Assembly: GCA_964345475.1 (NCBI GenBank)
Contig: CAYFQW010000001.1
Location: 21,043-85,042, forward strand
Direction: 5' to 3'
DNA length: 64,000 bases
Origin: an uncultured Raoultibacter sp.
Lineage (GTDB): Bacteria; Actinomycetota; Coriobacteriia; Coriobacteriales; Eggerthellaceae
Part shown: piece by piece, positions 36,786-47,233 of the stretch
Layout of the letters: each line of letters begins with the position of its first letter
Position numbering within the stretch: position 1 is the first letter of the stretch
Notes under the pieces: model-generated
What the model was told of the DNA's origin: nothing
The model's database searches: none
What the model saw: the letters and a program-made list of their open reading frames with translations, nothing else
Position numbers and translations under genes: made by a program

Positions 36786-38066
36786 TTACTTGAAAAACCC
36801 GTCATAATTGTGCATCTTTAATTGCGATTCAACTTTGCTCATAGTATCGAGAGCTACACCTATCATGATCAAAATTGAAGTTCCTCCAAACGCAGTAATC
36901 AACTGGTTGCTCGTAAAAGAAAAAAGTATCGAAGGAACAACTGCAATGAGGGCAATGAATATTCCCCCAGGAAGAGTAATGCGTTTTATAACGTTTTTGA
37001 TATATGCAGCCGTAGCTCTTCCAGGACGTACGCCTGGGATAAAGCCACCCTGTTTTTGAATATTGTCTGATAAATCATCAGGCGGAAACATCATACTGGT
37101 ATAGAAATAAGCAAAGAATACGATGAGAAGGACTGTCAATATCCAGTTAATCCAACCAGAAGACATCGCATTTGCCGCACTTGTAAGCCAACCTACGTTA
37201 AACAAGGCTGCAAGTTGCGCAGGAAAATAAATGATACAACTTGCAAAAATGATAGGGATTACTCCCGCAGCATTAACCTTTAAAGGAATATAGGTCGATT
37301 GTCCACCCATCATTTTACGTCCCTGAATACGCTTGGCGTAATTAACTGGAATACGACGCTGAGCACGCTCAACATAGATAATGAGAGGAATACAAGCAAG
37401 TACAACCAATACAATGAGGGCAGTAATGACTACTCCGAATGAAAAACTTGATTGCATATCGATAGAGGAAGCAATAGCTCCAGGAAGACGGCTAATAATG
37501 CTCGTAAAAATTATGAGCGACATGCCGTTTCCTATGCCTCGCTGTGTAATAAGCTCGCCCATCCACATGATAAATGCCGTGCCAGCCACTAAGGTGAAGA
37601 CAATAACTATGTTAGTGAGTGCCTCAGGAACCGCACTTGAAAAAACAATGCCGTATTGACTTGATTTGAATAAGAACAGGTAGCCAATAGCATTCACAAG
37701 ACCTAGACCGAGCGTAAGATATCTCGTTGTTTGCGTGATCTTCTTGCGCCCAGAGTCACCTTCTTTTGCCCACCTTCCAACAGTAGGAATAACACCTTGC
37801 ATCAGCTGCATAATAATGGATGCAGTGATGTATGGCATAATGCCGAGTGAAAATACTGAAAAGTTAGCGAGTGCGCCTCCGGTAAACAAATCAACCATAG
37901 TCATAGCTGAGCCAGAATCCGCAAACTGTTGGGTGAAAGCCTGGAAAGGAATTCCCGGAACTGGAATATACGCCCCCAAACGATACAGAACCAGAATAGA
38001 TAAGGTAAAGAGTATCTTTTTCCTTAACTCGGGAATTCTAAAGGCCTCGATGATTGATTTCAGCAA
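36786..38066 (-). CDS. secY: Preprotein translocase subunit SecY
   Basis: 426 aa, canonical SecY sequence. The TTG start overlaps the rplO stop. Confidence 0.97.
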   Translation of the reverse strand: MLKSIIEAFRIPELRKKILFTLSILVLYRLGAYIPVPGIPFQAFTQQFADSGSAMTMVDLFTGGALANFSVFSLGIMPYITASIIMQLMQGVIPTVGRWAKEGDSGRKKITQTTRYLTLGLGLVNAIGYLFLFKSSQYGIVFSSAVPEALTNIVIVFTLVAGTAFIMWMGELITQRGIGNGMSLIIFTSIISRLPGAIASSIDMQSSFSFGVVITALIVLVVLACIPLIIYVERAQRRIPVNYAKRIQGRKMMGGQSTYIPLKVNAAGVIPIIFASCIIYFPAQLAALFNVGWLTSAANAMSSGWINWILTVLLIVFFAYFYTSMMFPPDDLSDNIQKQGGFIPGVRPGRATAAYIKNVIKRITLPGGIFIALIAVVPSILFSFTSNQLITAFGGTSILIMIGVALDTMSKVESQLKMHNYDGFFK

Positions 38067-38509
38067 GGGTGCTCGACCTTTCCGCCAGCTGCTTCAATCT
38101 TTTTTGCTGCTGAAGCAGAAACCTTATCAACTTTGATTGTCAGTGCTTTTGTAATTTCACCATCGCCCAATACCTTAATAAGGGAGTCAGAGTGCTTAAC
38201 GATACCTTTGGACTTCAAGCTCTCTCCGTCGACCACGTCACCTGCCTCAAAATACTCTTCAAGTCGACCGACATTTACCGGGATATACGTAACGCGATTA
38301 ATATTACGGAATCCAGGAAGCTTTGGTAGGCGGACCGACAGAGGAGTCTGACCACCCTCAAAACCTAAGCCTTTTCCGCCGCCAGAGCGAGATAACTGCC
38401 CCTTATGGCCACGGCCGGCAGTTTTTCCGAGACCTGAGCCTGGGCCCCTGCCTCTGCGTTTACGATCTTTTTTTGACCCTTCTGCAGGTCTTAAATCTTT
38501 CAGCTCCAT
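38060..38509 (-). CDS. rplO: 50S ribosomal protein L15
   Basis: MELKDLRPAEGSKKDRKRRGRGPGSGLGKTAGRGHKGQ... Start at ATG 38507-38509 rather than 38611. Confidence 0.95.
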   Translation of the reverse strand: MELKDLRPAEGSKKDRKRRGRGPGSGLGKTAGRGHKGQLSRSGGGKGLGFEGGQTPLSVRLPKLPGFRNINRVTYIPVNVGRLEEYFEAGDVVDGESLKSKGIVKHSDSLIKVLGDGEITKALTIKVDKVSASAAKKIEAAGGKVEHPC

Positions 38510-38597
38510 CGAAGCATACTCCTTTTTTTCGCTATCGGGCTTTATGCCCGTACTGGCAGCTCGCCGCCAGCCAACTTTAAATTCGGTTGAAGAGACC

Positions 38598-38789
38598 TTA
38601 TATCTCTTCAACCTCTACTAAGTGCTTTACTTTGAAAATCATACCGCGAACACAGGGGTTGTCCACCTGCTCGACGGTAGAGCCGATTTTACCCAACCCA
38701 AGGGCCTTAAGCGTTTTGCCTTGATCGCCTGGGCGACTTGCAGAGCTCTTCACCTGGGTAATGCGTAGGGGTTTTTTTTGCTCAGCCAT
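38598..38789 (-). CDS. rpmD: 50S ribosomal protein L30
   Basis: 63 aa, [29 protein letters not shown]. Spc operon order. Confidence 0.95.
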   Translation of the reverse strand: MAEQKKPLRITQVKSSASRPGDQGKTLKALGLGKIGSTVEQVDNPCVRGMIFKVKHLVEVEEI

Positions 38790-38791
38790 AC

Positions 38792-39322
38792 TTACTTCTT
38801 CTCCTTCCAGCCATATATCTGCGCGACTGAAAGTCCACGACGGGCAGCAGCCTCTTCAGAGCTTTCCATGTTCTTCAGGCCTTCGGCAGCTGCTTTGACG
38901 ATATTGAGGGCGTTACTCGTGCCGAGAGACTTCGTCAAAACATCTGTGACCCCCGCAAGTTCCATAACTGCACGAACGGGCCCACCAGCAATAACTCCCG
39001 TACCTGGTGTAGCAGGCTTGATGAGTACACGGCCAGCCCCATATACACCTAAAATCTCGTGAGGAAGTGTTTTATCTTTAGTCAAGGGTACGGTGAACAT
39101 GTTCTTTTTTGCATCTTCGACACCCTTTTTGATAGCAATAGGCACCTCTTGCGACTTGCCCATTCCTATACCTACACGACCGTTGCCATCTCCAACTACC
39201 ACCAGAGCGGTAAGTGCGAAGCGGCGACCTCCCTTAACAACCTTGGATACGCGGTTAATATATACTACGCGCTCTTCTAGTTCAGGAACGGCAGCCTGGT
39301 TTTCATGTTGTTTCCGAGCCAT
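38792..39322 (-). CDS. rpsE: 30S ribosomal protein S5
   Basis: 176 aa, [40 protein letters not shown]. Confidence 0.97.
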   Translation of the reverse strand: MARKQHENQAAVPELEERVVYINRVSKVVKGGRRFALTALVVVGDGNGRVGIGMGKSQEVPIAIKKGVEDAKKNMFTVPLTKDKTLPHEILGVYGAGRVLIKPATPGTGVIAGGPVRAVMELAGVTDVLTKSLGTSNALNIVKAAAEGLKNMESSEEAAARRGLSVAQIYGWKEKK

Positions 39323-39334
39323 ACACTACCCTCT

Positions 39335-39703
39335 CTAAAATTCCAAACCGGTGTCGCGGGCTGCATCGGCCAGGGCCTTGATGCGTCCGTGGTACAGATT
39401 GCCGCCTCTGTCGAAAACAACCTCTGTAATACCGGATTCTTGGGCTTTTTTACCAATCAACTCACCGAGGACGCTAGCGCCTTCAACAGTTGCTCCATTT
39501 TTGTTGGTCGCTTTAAACTCTGGACCAAGAGTAGATACCGCGCAAATAGTTTTTCCAGCAACATCATCAATGATCTGCGCATACACATGCGCGTTCGAGC
39601 GTGTAACGCACAAACGGGGTTTTTCCTGCGTGCCTGAGACCTTACCTCTAACACGAGTGTGGCGACGACGCAGACCTGCTTGCTTTGCTTGAAGCTTTTT
39701 CAT
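39335..39703 (-). CDS. rplR: 50S ribosomal protein L18
   Basis: 122 aa, [34 protein letters not shown]. Confidence 0.97.
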   Translation of the reverse strand: MKKLQAKQAGLRRRHTRVRGKVSGTQEKPRLCVTRSNAHVYAQIIDDVAGKTICAVSTLGPEFKATNKNGATVEGASVLGELIGKKAQESGITEVVFDRGGNLYHGRIKALADAARDTGLEF

Positions 39704-39740
39704 ACTTTATACCTCAATCTTTCTCTTGCAGCCTTGCGTC

Positions 39741-40283
39741 TTAATCAGTCTTCGCAGCTTTACCAAGCTTGCGACGTACAAATTCGCCGTCGTAACGAAT
39801 ACCCTTGCCTTTATAGGGTTCAGGCTTGCGCCAATCACGAATGTTGGCTGCAATTTGGCCTACCTCTTCTTTATTCGCACCCTTTACGATAATCTCAGTC
39901 TGGCTTGGCACTTCAAAAGTAATATTATTAGGTGCTTTTACCTGCACAGGATGAGAATATCCGAGCTGCAATTCAAGGTCTGTACCTTTCAGCGTAGCCC
40001 TATAGCCAACGCCGACAAGTACTAATTTCTTAGAAAATCCTTCAGAGACACCCAGTACCATGTTATGAACCAGGGTTCGAGCCAAACCGTGGAGGCTGCG
40101 TGCCTCACGCGAGTCATCCGGACGCTCAAGTAGGATTTGTCCTTCTTCTTGTTTGACAATAATCATTTCTGGGATCACACGGGAAAGCTCTCCCAGTGCT
40201 CCTTTTACGGTGACGGTAGAACCGTCAATTTTAACATCCACACCATTTGGTACAGGAATGGGTTGTTTGCCGATACGTGACAT
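39741..40283 (-). CDS. rplF: 50S ribosomal protein L6
   Basis: 180 aa, MSRIGKQPIPVPNGVDVKIDGSTVTVKG. Confidence 0.97.
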   Translation of the reverse strand: MSRIGKQPIPVPNGVDVKIDGSTVTVKGALGELSRVIPEMIIVKQEEGQILLERPDDSREARSLHGLARTLVHNMVLGVSEGFSKKLVLVGVGYRATLKGTDLELQLGYSHPVQVKAPNNITFEVPSQTEIIVKGANKEEVGQIAANIRDWRKPEPYKGKGIRYDGEFVRRKLGKAAKTD

Positions 40284-40300
40284 ATACTACTCCCTTTCTC

Positions 40301-40699
40301 CTACCAAATATAAGCAATGACTTCGCCGCCGACGCCTGCTTTGCGAGCGTCGCGATCGGCCATCACACCGTGACTTGTAGAAATAACAGCTGTCCCTAAG
40401 CCGCCAAGTACTCGAGGCAACTCATCTTTTCCCGCATAGATACGTAAACCTGGCTTTGAAATACGCTTTAACCCACGAATGGTTTTCGCTTTCTTTTCGC
40501 CATACTTTAACTCTATTGTCAAAATGTCACGAGGTTCACTTTTCTCAATCTCGTAAGCTGTAATATAACCCTCTTCTTTCATGATTCGGGCAATTTCAGC
40601 AAGCTTTTTGCTTGACGGCATGGAAACCGTCGGCTTGCCTGCAGAGTTAGCATTACGCACACGCGTCAGCATATCTGCAATGGGATCGTTCATGCTCAT
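40301..40699 (-). CDS. rpsH: 30S ribosomal protein S8
   Basis: 132 aa, [17 protein letters not shown]...GGEVIAYIW. Confidence 0.97.
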   Translation of the reverse strand: MSMNDPIADMLTRVRNANSAGKPTVSMPSSKKLAEIARIMKEEGYITAYEIEKSEPRDILTIELKYGEKKAKTIRGLKRISKPGLRIYAGKDELPRVLGGLGTAVISTSHGVMADRDARKAGVGGEVIAYIW

Positions 40700-40802
40700 T
40701 TATATCTCCTTTAGTCCATGATGAGCCGAGAAACTGGTTCGTCTGTGCCCATAACACATTCGCCTAGAATTTCGACACGAAAGGCATTCGTACAAAATCT
40801 AT

Positions 40803-40988
40803 CTACCAAGATGATTTCGTAATGCCAGGCAGTTCGCCTTTGTTGGCGAGTTCACGAAGACAAACGCGGCACAGGCCAAATTTGCGGTAAAAACCGCGGG
40901 GCCTCCCACAACGCGAGCAGCGATTGTGTTGGCGCGTTGAGAACTTCGGCTCTCGCTTCGCTTTGGCGATCATCGATTTCTTTGCCAT
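40803..40988 (-). CDS. rpsN: 30S ribosomal protein S14, short zinc-binding type Z
   Basis: 61 aa, [20 protein letters not shown]...ITKSSW. Confidence 0.96.
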   Translation of the reverse strand: MAKKSMIAKAKREPKFSTRQHNRCSRCGRPRGFYRKFGLCRVCLRELANKGELPGITKSSW

Positions 40989-41040
40989 ACAACTCCTTCT
41001 TTCCTACTATAAACTCTCTGTTTTAAAAAGAGCATACTAC

Positions 41041-41589
41041 CTAGTTATTTTTAAACGGGAAACCTAACTTAGCAAACAACTCTTTTGCCTCTGCGTTAGA
41101 TTCCGTCGTAGTTACAAATGTAATGTCCATCCCGCGGGTACGATCGATCTTGTCGTATTCAACCTCGGTAAAAATCAATTGTTCTGTAATTCCCAACGAA
41201 TAGTTTCCTCGTCCATCAAAGCTATCGGGTGAAAGGCCGCGGAAGTCACGTACGCGTGGAATGGCCGTTGCCAAAAGTCGATCTAAGAACTCCCACATAC
41301 GATCCCCACGGAGCGTTACTTTCGCGCCAATGGGCATACCTTCTCGAATCTTAAATCCAGCGATAGATTTTTTTGCACGAGTAACCATAGGCTGCTGTCC
41401 CGTAATAATACGGAGGTCTGCAATTGCGCCATCAAGTTGCTTTGCATCAGCTGCAGCAGCGCCAACGCCCATATTTACAACAATTTTCTCAAGACGAGGG
41501 ACTTGGTTAATATTGCTTAAACCAAGCTCTTCCTTTAAAGCAGGTACAATCTCTTTTGTATACTTTTCCTTCAAACGAGGACTTGCCAT
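41041..41589 (-). CDS. rplE: 50S ribosomal protein L5
   Basis: 182 aa, [40 protein letters not shown]. Confidence 0.97.
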   Translation of the reverse strand: MASPRLKEKYTKEIVPALKEELGLSNINQVPRLEKIVVNMGVGAAAADAKQLDGAIADLRIITGQQPMVTRAKKSIAGFKIREGMPIGAKVTLRGDRMWEFLDRLLATAIPRVRDFRGLSPDSFDGRGNYSLGITEQLIFTEVEYDKIDRTRGMDITFVTTTESNAEAKELFAKLGFPFKNN

Positions 41590-41613
41590 TTTTTACCTCT
41601 TTCGATGAATTAA

Positions 41614-41699
41614 ACGCAAGATTACTGACCTTGCGTCCCTTGAAATATTCTAAGGGTCATGAACACTCATCGTCTCCTGCGAAGCACTTTTCAGGAGAC
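41614..41699 (-). promoter_or_regulatory. Structured rplX-rplE spacer (three hairpins); candidate translational operator
   Basis: In the 117-nt spacer the minus strand reads GTCTCCTG-N12-CAGGAGAC (41699-41672), CCCTT-N10-AAGGG, and ACGCAAG-N9-CTTGCGT (41636-41614), then TTTAATTC and the rplE RBS AAGAGG. Confidence 0.35.
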
Positions 41700-41706
41700 A
41701 TCTCGA

Positions 41707-42030
41707 TTATTTGTCTATTGCTTTGCTGCACTTTTTACAGTAGCGAATTTTTTTTCCGTCTTCATCACGTTTAAAGCTCATACGTGTAGGTTGTTTACAA
41801 CTGGGGCACACTAAAGCAACATTGGAAATATGAATAGGGGCTTCCTTGCTCATAATGCCACCCTGGGGATTTTGCTGGGTTGGACGAAGGGACTTTTTCA
41901 CTACGTTTACCTTCTCAACCACAACTCGTTGTTTTTCGGGGTAAGCACGTAGGACAACACCTTCTTTGCCCTTATCCTTGCCAGCCAAAACTTTAACTTT
42001 ATCATTTTTCTTGATATTCATTTTAGCCAT
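41707..42030 (-). CDS. rplX: 50S ribosomal protein L24 (C-terminal CxxC...CxxC form)
   Basis: 107 aa, KKNDKVKVLAGKDKGKEGVV (KOW). C-terminus CPSCKQPTRMSFKRDEDGKKIRYCKKCSKAI. Confidence 0.96.
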   Translation of the reverse strand: MAKMNIKKNDKVKVLAGKDKGKEGVVLRAYPEKQRVVVEKVNVVKKSLRPTQQNPQGGIMSKEAPIHISNVALVCPSCKQPTRMSFKRDEDGKKIRYCKKCSKAIDK

Positions 42031-42044
42031 ACTCTAAACCCCCT

Positions 42045-42413
42045 TTACAAAGTTTCCGGTGCTAGGGATACAATTTTCATATACTTTTTTTCGCGAAGCT
42101 CGCGAGCGACAGGGCCGAAAATACGCGTCCCGCGCGGTGCGCCGTTATCGTCAATTATGACAACAGCGTTTTGGTCAAATTTAATATAAGAACCATCGGG
42201 GCGGCGCACTTCTTTTTTAATACGAACTACCACGCAACGGACAATTTCGCCTTTTTTAATACTTCCATTAGGCATTGCTTCTTTTACGCTGCAGATGACA
42301 ACGTCACCCAGCCCGGCATAGCGACGTTTCGAGCCGCCAAGAACTTTGATACACTGCACCTTACGAGCGCCGGAATTATCGGCCACTGCAAGCTTGGTTT
42401 GCATTTGAATCAT
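42045..42413 (-). CDS. rplN: 50S ribosomal protein L14
   Basis: 122 aa, [28 protein letters not shown]. Confidence 0.98.
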   Translation of the reverse strand: MIQMQTKLAVADNSGARKVQCIKVLGGSKRRYAGLGDVVICSVKEAMPNGSIKKGEIVRCVVVRIKKEVRRPDGSYIKFDQNAVVIIDDNGAPRGTRIFGPVARELREKKYMKIVSLAPETL

Positions 42414-42436
42414 GTGCTTAACCTAACCTTCTCTTA

Positions 42437-42697
42437 CTATTTGGCCTTCTCAACGATTTTCACTAAACGCCAGCGTTTCAGTTTCGAAAGCGGACGCGTC
42501 TCCATGATTTGGACCGTGTCTCCGATACCAGCTGCATTCTCTTCATCATGAGCATGCAGTTTTTTTGTCACGGTCATCATTTTTCCGTATACTGGATGAG
42601 CCTTGCGATCCTTTATCTCTATTACGCAGGTTTTATCGCCTGCGGCGCTTACTACCACACCTTGGCGAACCTTGCGAGAATTACGTTCTCTAGTCAT
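42437..42697 (-). CDS. rpsQ: 30S ribosomal protein S17
   Basis: 86 aa, [21 protein letters not shown]...HDEEN...[21 protein letters not shown]. Confidence 0.97.
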   Translation of the reverse strand: MTRERNSRKVRQGVVVSAAGDKTCVIEIKDRKAHPVYGKMMTVTKKLHAHDEENAAGIGDTVQIMETRPLSKLKRWRLVKIVEKAK

Positions 42698-42727
42698 CTA
42701 TTCTCATACCTTTCACGCTTGCATGCC

Positions 42728-42922
42728 TTAGGCACTCAGTTCGCGTGCACGCATCTCGGTTTGGATACGTGCTATTTCCTTTTTTACCTGCTTAACACGA
42801 GCAGTGTTGTCCAATTGGCTTGTTGCCATTTGAAAGCGCAGATTAAAGAGCTCTGCGCGTGCTTCCTTCAGCTTTTCAGCTAAACCATCAGCTGAAAGCT
42901 CACGGATCTCTGCTGGTTTCAT
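42728..42922 (-). CDS. rpmC: 50S ribosomal protein L29
   Basis: 64 aa, [33 protein letters not shown]. Confidence 0.96.
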   Translation of the reverse strand: MKPAEIRELSADGLAEKLKEARAELFNLRFQMATSQLDNTARVKQVKKEIARIQTEMRARELSA

Positions 42923-43345
42923 CTATTCCTGCCCTTCTGTCTCGCGCGTAACAATCTTGCACTTGATGGGCAACTTATTGATACCAAGGCGCAAAGCCTC
43001 ACGAGCAGTCTCTTCGTCAACACCGTCAACCTCAAACATAATACGGCCTGGCTTGACAACAGCTACCCAACCTTCTGGATTACCCTTGCCAGAACCCATA
43101 CGGGTTTCAGCTGGTTTTTTTGTGATAGGCTTGTCTGGAAAAATAGTAATCCATACCTTACCACCGCGCTTCATATGACGAGTTATAGCAACACGAGCAG
43201 CTTCAATTTGGCGGTTGCTCACCCAAGCGGCTTCTGTGGCCTGAAGACCATAGGTGCCATTGTTCAGCCGTGTGCCACCTTTGGCCTTGCCCTTCATAGA
43301 ACCGCGCTGTACTTTGCGGTACCTTACACGTTTTGGCATAAGCAT
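42923..43345 (-). CDS. rplP: 50S ribosomal protein L16
   Basis: 140 aa, [24 protein letters not shown]. Confidence 0.98.
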   Translation of the reverse strand: MLMPKRVRYRKVQRGSMKGKAKGGTRLNNGTYGLQATEAAWVSNRQIEAARVAITRHMKRGGKVWITIFPDKPITKKPAETRMGSGKGNPEGWVAVVKPGRIMFEVDGVDEETAREALRLGINKLPIKCKIVTRETEGQE

Positions 43346-44047
43346 TTATCTTGCCCCCCTCTCCCGACGGGAACGGTTAGGGCGAGAGCTTCCTTCAAGT
43401 GCTGGCTGAGGAGCCTTTTGACCTGGAAGAACCTCGCCGTGGTATACCCAGACCTGCACACCTATAGAGCCCATAGTGGTGGCAGCTGTGGCAAATCCGT
43501 AATCGATTTTCGCACGCAGCGTATGCAACGGAACACGGCCTTCGTGATACCATTCCCTACGGCTCATTTCTGCGCCGCCTAAGCGACCGGAACATTGGAT
43601 GCGAATTCCCTGAGCTCCGCTCTTACGAGCTGACTGCACAGCCTTACGCATGGCACGACGAAAGGCTACACGACCCTCAAGCTGATCTGCAACACTCTGA
43701 GCAATCAAAAGTGCGTCAAGTTCGGGGCGTTTAACTTCGACTACCTCGACAGAAACTGGACCCTTTGCTATTTTCTCAAGGCCTTTGCGAAGTGTGTCGA
43801 TTTCCGCGCCTTTTTTGCCAATGACAACTCCTGGGCGTGCGGTAGTGACAATAACTTTGGTCTTATCTCCTGCGCGCTCAATATCCACACGGGAAACTGC
43901 GGCGCGTTCTAGCTTCTTATCTAAAAATGAACGGATCTCTAAATCGCTTTCGAGTGTCTTAGCATAATCTTTATCCGAATACCAACGACTGCGCCACTCT
44001 TCTGTAATACCGATACGAAATCCGGTAGGGTTTACTTTTTGACCCAT
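43346..44047 (-). CDS. rpsC: 30S ribosomal protein S3
   Basis: 233 aa, MGQKVNPTGFRIGITEEWRSRWY. Confidence 0.98.
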   Translation of the reverse strand: MGQKVNPTGFRIGITEEWRSRWYSDKDYAKTLESDLEIRSFLDKKLERAAVSRVDIERAGDKTKVIVTTARPGVVIGKKGAEIDTLRKGLEKIAKGPVSVEVVEVKRPELDALLIAQSVADQLEGRVAFRRAMRKAVQSARKSGAQGIRIQCSGRLGGAEMSRREWYHEGRVPLHTLRAKIDYGFATAATTMGSIGVQVWVYHGEVLPGQKAPQPALEGSSRPNRSRRERGAR

Positions 44048-44053
44048 AGGTGT

Positions 44054-44395
44054 TTAAGCCTCCTCTCTCGGTGCTACGATAATCGTGATATGACTGGTAC
44101 GTTTGTTTATACGTGATGCTGAACCTTTTGCGCGGGGACGGATTCGCTTCAAGGTAGGACCCTCATCGGCGAATGCCGTTTTAACAACTAAAGATTCTGG
44201 GCGTATATGCTGACTGCTTTCTGCATTTGCAACAGCTGAGTTCAAAGTCTTCTCAACGACCTCTGCAACACCTCGATCGGTAAAGCTTAAGATCTCGCGG
44301 GCAGAAATAACATCCTTCCCACGAATCTGATCTATAACAATACGGGCCTTGCGAGGAGAAACACGCACAAAACGCGATACCGCTCTAGCTTCCAT
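44054..44395 (-). CDS. rplV: 50S ribosomal protein L22
   Basis: 113 aa, [18 protein letters not shown]. Confidence 0.97.
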   Translation of the reverse strand: MEARAVSRFVRVSPRKARIVIDQIRGKDVISAREILSFTDRGVAEVVEKTLNSAVANAESSQHIRPESLVVKTAFADEGPTLKRIRPRAKGSASRINKRTSHITIIVAPREEA

Positions 44396-44411
44396 GTTTC
44401 ATAACCTCCTA

Positions 44412-44681
44412 TCAGTTGCCCTTGTCGGCTGAATGGCCCCGGAAGGTACGCGTAGGGGCGAACTCTCCGAGCTTGTGGCCAACCATTGACTCTGTTACAT
44501 ACACCGGCACGTGCTTGCGACCGTCATGAACGGCGATAGTATGTCCCACCATTTCAGGAAAGACGGTGCTTGAACGAGACCATGTTTTAAGAACTTCTTT
44601 TTTACCCGCCGCGTTCATCGTTTCAATACGATTGAGGAGGCGCGGTTCAACAAAAGGACCTTTTTTTAAACTTCTACTCAC
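44412..44681 (-). CDS. rpsS: 30S ribosomal protein S19
   Basis: 89 aa, [15 protein letters not shown]...[22 protein letters not shown] start. Confidence 0.97.
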   Translation of the reverse strand: MSRSLKKGPFVEPRLLNRIETMNAAGKKEVLKTWSRSSTVFPEMVGHTIAVHDGRKHVPVYVTESMVGHKLGEFAPTRTFRGHSADKGN

Positions 44682-44699
44682 TTCTACTCCTTAACGCGC

Positions 44700-45527
44700 T
44701 TACTTCCGGCGACGAACAATCAAGCGATCTGATTTCTTATTAGGCGTACGAGTACGATATCCCTTAGTCGGAACACCCCAGGGTGTAACGGGATGCCGTC
44801 CAGCGGATTTGTTCCTGCCCTCTCCACCACCATGAGGATGGTCGACAGGGTTCATAGCTGTACCACGAACGGAGGGGCGAATGCCCTTCCAACGGTTGCG
44901 TCCGGCCTTGCCTACCTTAAGGTTTGCGTGCTCGGAGTTTCCTACCTCACCAACAGTTGCACGACAATCTATGAGGACACGGCGAACTTCTGATGAAGGC
45001 ATACGAAGAATTGCGTAGATACCCTCTTTACCCATAAGTTGAACGGACGTTCCTGCTGAGCGGGCTAGAGCTGCGCCGCGACCGGGCTGCAATTCAACTG
45101 CGTGCACCGTTGTGCCTACAGGAATAGCCGAGAGCGGCAAAGCGTTTCCTGGCTTAATATCCGCATCTGCACCACTGACTACGATGTCCCCTACCATAAG
45201 ACCCTTCGGGTGAAGGATATAGCGTTTCTCACCATCGAGATAGTGAAGTAAGGCTATGCGCGAGCTACGATTAGGATCGTACTCAATAGAAGCGACTTTG
45301 GCTGGTACTCCGTCTTTCGTACGCTTGAAGTCAATCGTGCGATAACGTCTTTTAATGCCACCGCCTTGATGGCGTGTTGTAATACGCCCATAATTGTTAC
45401 GACCTGCCTTTTTCGGCAAAGGCTTCAGCAACGACTTCTCCGGCTTAGTGCCGGTAATCTCAGAAAAATCTGAGACCGTTTGGAAGCGTCTGCCGGGACT
45501 GGTCGGCTTATACTGCTTTACTCCCAT
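44700..45527 (-). CDS. rplB: 50S ribosomal protein L2
   Basis: 275 aa, [21 protein letters not shown]...HPHGGGEGR. Confidence 0.98.
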   Translation of the reverse strand: MGVKQYKPTSPGRRFQTVSDFSEITGTKPEKSLLKPLPKKAGRNNYGRITTRHQGGGIKRRYRTIDFKRTKDGVPAKVASIEYDPNRSSRIALLHYLDGEKRYILHPKGLMVGDIVVSGADADIKPGNALPLSAIPVGTTVHAVELQPGRGAALARSAGTSVQLMGKEGIYAILRMPSSEVRRVLIDCRATVGEVGNSEHANLKVGKAGRNRWKGIRPSVRGTAMNPVDHPHGGGEGRNKSAGRHPVTPWGVPTKGYRTRTPNKKSDRLIVRRRK

Positions 45528-45796
45528 GTTTCTTCTTTCTATCCTTAGGCTTTTCGATATAAAAACGGTTCCTCATTGCAAAGACTCTAAGAGACCTAGA
45601 GCATACCGTCCGAGCAATACCGGAAAAGCGCCTTATAGGTTTCTGCTCACACGTACACTCATCTACGTATACCAGAGAACCTTCTTACAATTGTGGCTTC
45701 GATTGCTGCTTAGTACCTGTTCGCTTGAGTGAAGTACTTACAACTCCGAACTACCACGCGCCCGGGTGTATCTATAACAATCTGACGCATCGGAAA

Positions 45797-45825
45797 ACTA
45801 TACTCGACTCATACTGCGAGTGCAA
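45797..45825 (-). promoter_or_regulatory. Candidate promoter for the rplB-led operon (TTGCAC-17 nt-TATAGT)
   Basis: On the minus strand the -35 TTGCAC is at 45825-45820 and the -10 TATAGT is at 45802-45797, with a 17-nt spacer. This would give a leader of about 260 nt before the rplB ATG. Confidence 0.45.
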
Positions 45826-45946
45826 GAATTATTGATTTATCACAAAATAAACGAAAGTTTACGCACGTTTTTTGAAGTGCGGCCATCCGTACCGTAGAAC
45901 ATGGAGCGAAAATGGCCTTGTGGCGTACGCCAAGCACGTGGGTCCT

Positions 45947-47158
45947 TCAGTTTTTTCGTTCCGGGTTCTTTCGTTCAACCCTTAAAATATCATGGGGACA
46001 AAGAGGTATGTCGCAAGAAATTGTATAGGTGCCCATAGCACGACTGGCAATTTCTACTGATTCATACGAATCCTCAGATAGCTTAAGACGTATATCTGAG
46101 GCTACGAAAGAACGTAGGGGCTTATGAGGCGAGATGACTTCGACCACTTCACCCTCGTAGAAGCGATTGCGGCACGCAATCTCTACGCGCCCATCGCGAG
46201 CCTCATGCAAAACCTCTCCTACCCAATCGTATTTCTGAACCGTGTCACCATGTTCCTGACATTGTTCTGGGCTTCCGAAAAAAAAGCCCGTCGTATAAGG
46301 TCTATGGGACACGATCTCAAGCTCAGGAGCAAGCTCCGCTGGATTCGCGCCATTAAGCACCTGCCGGTACGCATTAACCACCGTAGCCACATAAAAGGCT
46401 TTTTTATTGCGACCTTCTATTTTGATTGAATCAACCCCTATCTCGCGCAAGGCATCAAGGTGTGCGAGCATGTTGAGATCTTTGGAGTTCATAATATAGC
46501 TTCCTCGAGCGTCCTCCTCGATTCCAAATGCTTGACCTGGACGAGTTGGCTCCTCGAGTTTGTATTCCCATCGACAGGGTTGTGTACACATACCTTTATT
46601 GGCAGGCCTTCCGGTTAGGTAGTCGCTTATGAGGCATCTTCCCGAGATGGCCATGCACATTGCTCCATGAACAAATACTTCCAATTCCAAATCGCGCGGT
46701 GCAGAGAGCCGCATAAGCTCAATGTCCTTGAGGCTCATTTCGCGGGCACAAACCACACGCTTTGCACCTAAATCATACCAGGCAGAAGCTGCTTCTGAGT
46801 TGCAACAGGATGCCTGGGTGCTTATGTGCACATCGAGCTTGGGAGCATGCCTTTTCGCTAGACGAAGGGCCCCTAGATCGCTCACAATAATCGCGTCAAC
46901 ATTCGCTTGCTCCAGGGCTTCGAAATAAGCAGGTAGTTCGTGTAAGTCTTCAGCGTTCATATACGTATTGCAGGCGACATACAAAAAAGCCTGATGTTCG
47001 TGGGCTAGCTTAACTGCCTCGCCCATCTCTTCAAGCGTAAAATTATTCGCGCGTTGCCTCAAGCCGAATCGTTCGGTCGCGCAGTAGACAGCATCAGCAC
47101 CGAAACGTAAGGCATACTGGAGCTGTTCCATGCCTCCGGCAGGAGCTAAGAGTTCCAT
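45947..47158 (-). CDS. Peptidase U32 family protein
   Basis: 403 aa, MELLAPAGGMEQL... and the U32 signature EVFVHGAMCMAISGRCLIS. Confidence 0.88.
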   Translation of the reverse strand: MELLAPAGGMEQLQYALRFGADAVYCATERFGLRQRANNFTLEEMGEAVKLAHEHQAFLYVACNTYMNAEDLHELPAYFEALEQANVDAIIVSDLGALRLAKRHAPKLDVHISTQASCCNSEAASAWYDLGAKRVVCAREMSLKDIELMRLSAPRDLELEVFVHGAMCMAISGRCLISDYLTGRPANKGMCTQPCRWEYKLEEPTRPGQAFGIEEDARGSYIMNSKDLNMLAHLDALREIGVDSIKIEGRNKKAFYVATVVNAYRQVLNGANPAELAPELEIVSHRPYTTGFFFGSPEQCQEHGDTVQKYDWVGEVLHEARDGRVEIACRNRFYEGEVVEVISPHKPLRSFVASDIRLKLSEDSYESVEIASRAMGTYTISCDIPLCPHDILRVERKNPERKN

Positions 47159-47233
47159 GGTAACCTCGACACGACACGCCCAAGGCCTTGCATAGCCGAA
47201 GGGGTAACAGGTAATGACTCGGTCATGCTGTGT

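Noticed and set aside
41707-41811. CxxC...CxxC (zinc-ribbon-like) C-terminus of L24 as a possible novelty
   Set aside because: I recall similar Cys-containing L24 C-termini in other lineages (for example Thermus), and Cys-plus and Cys-minus forms of small ribosomal proteins are a well-known phenomenon. I noted it in the feature entry only.
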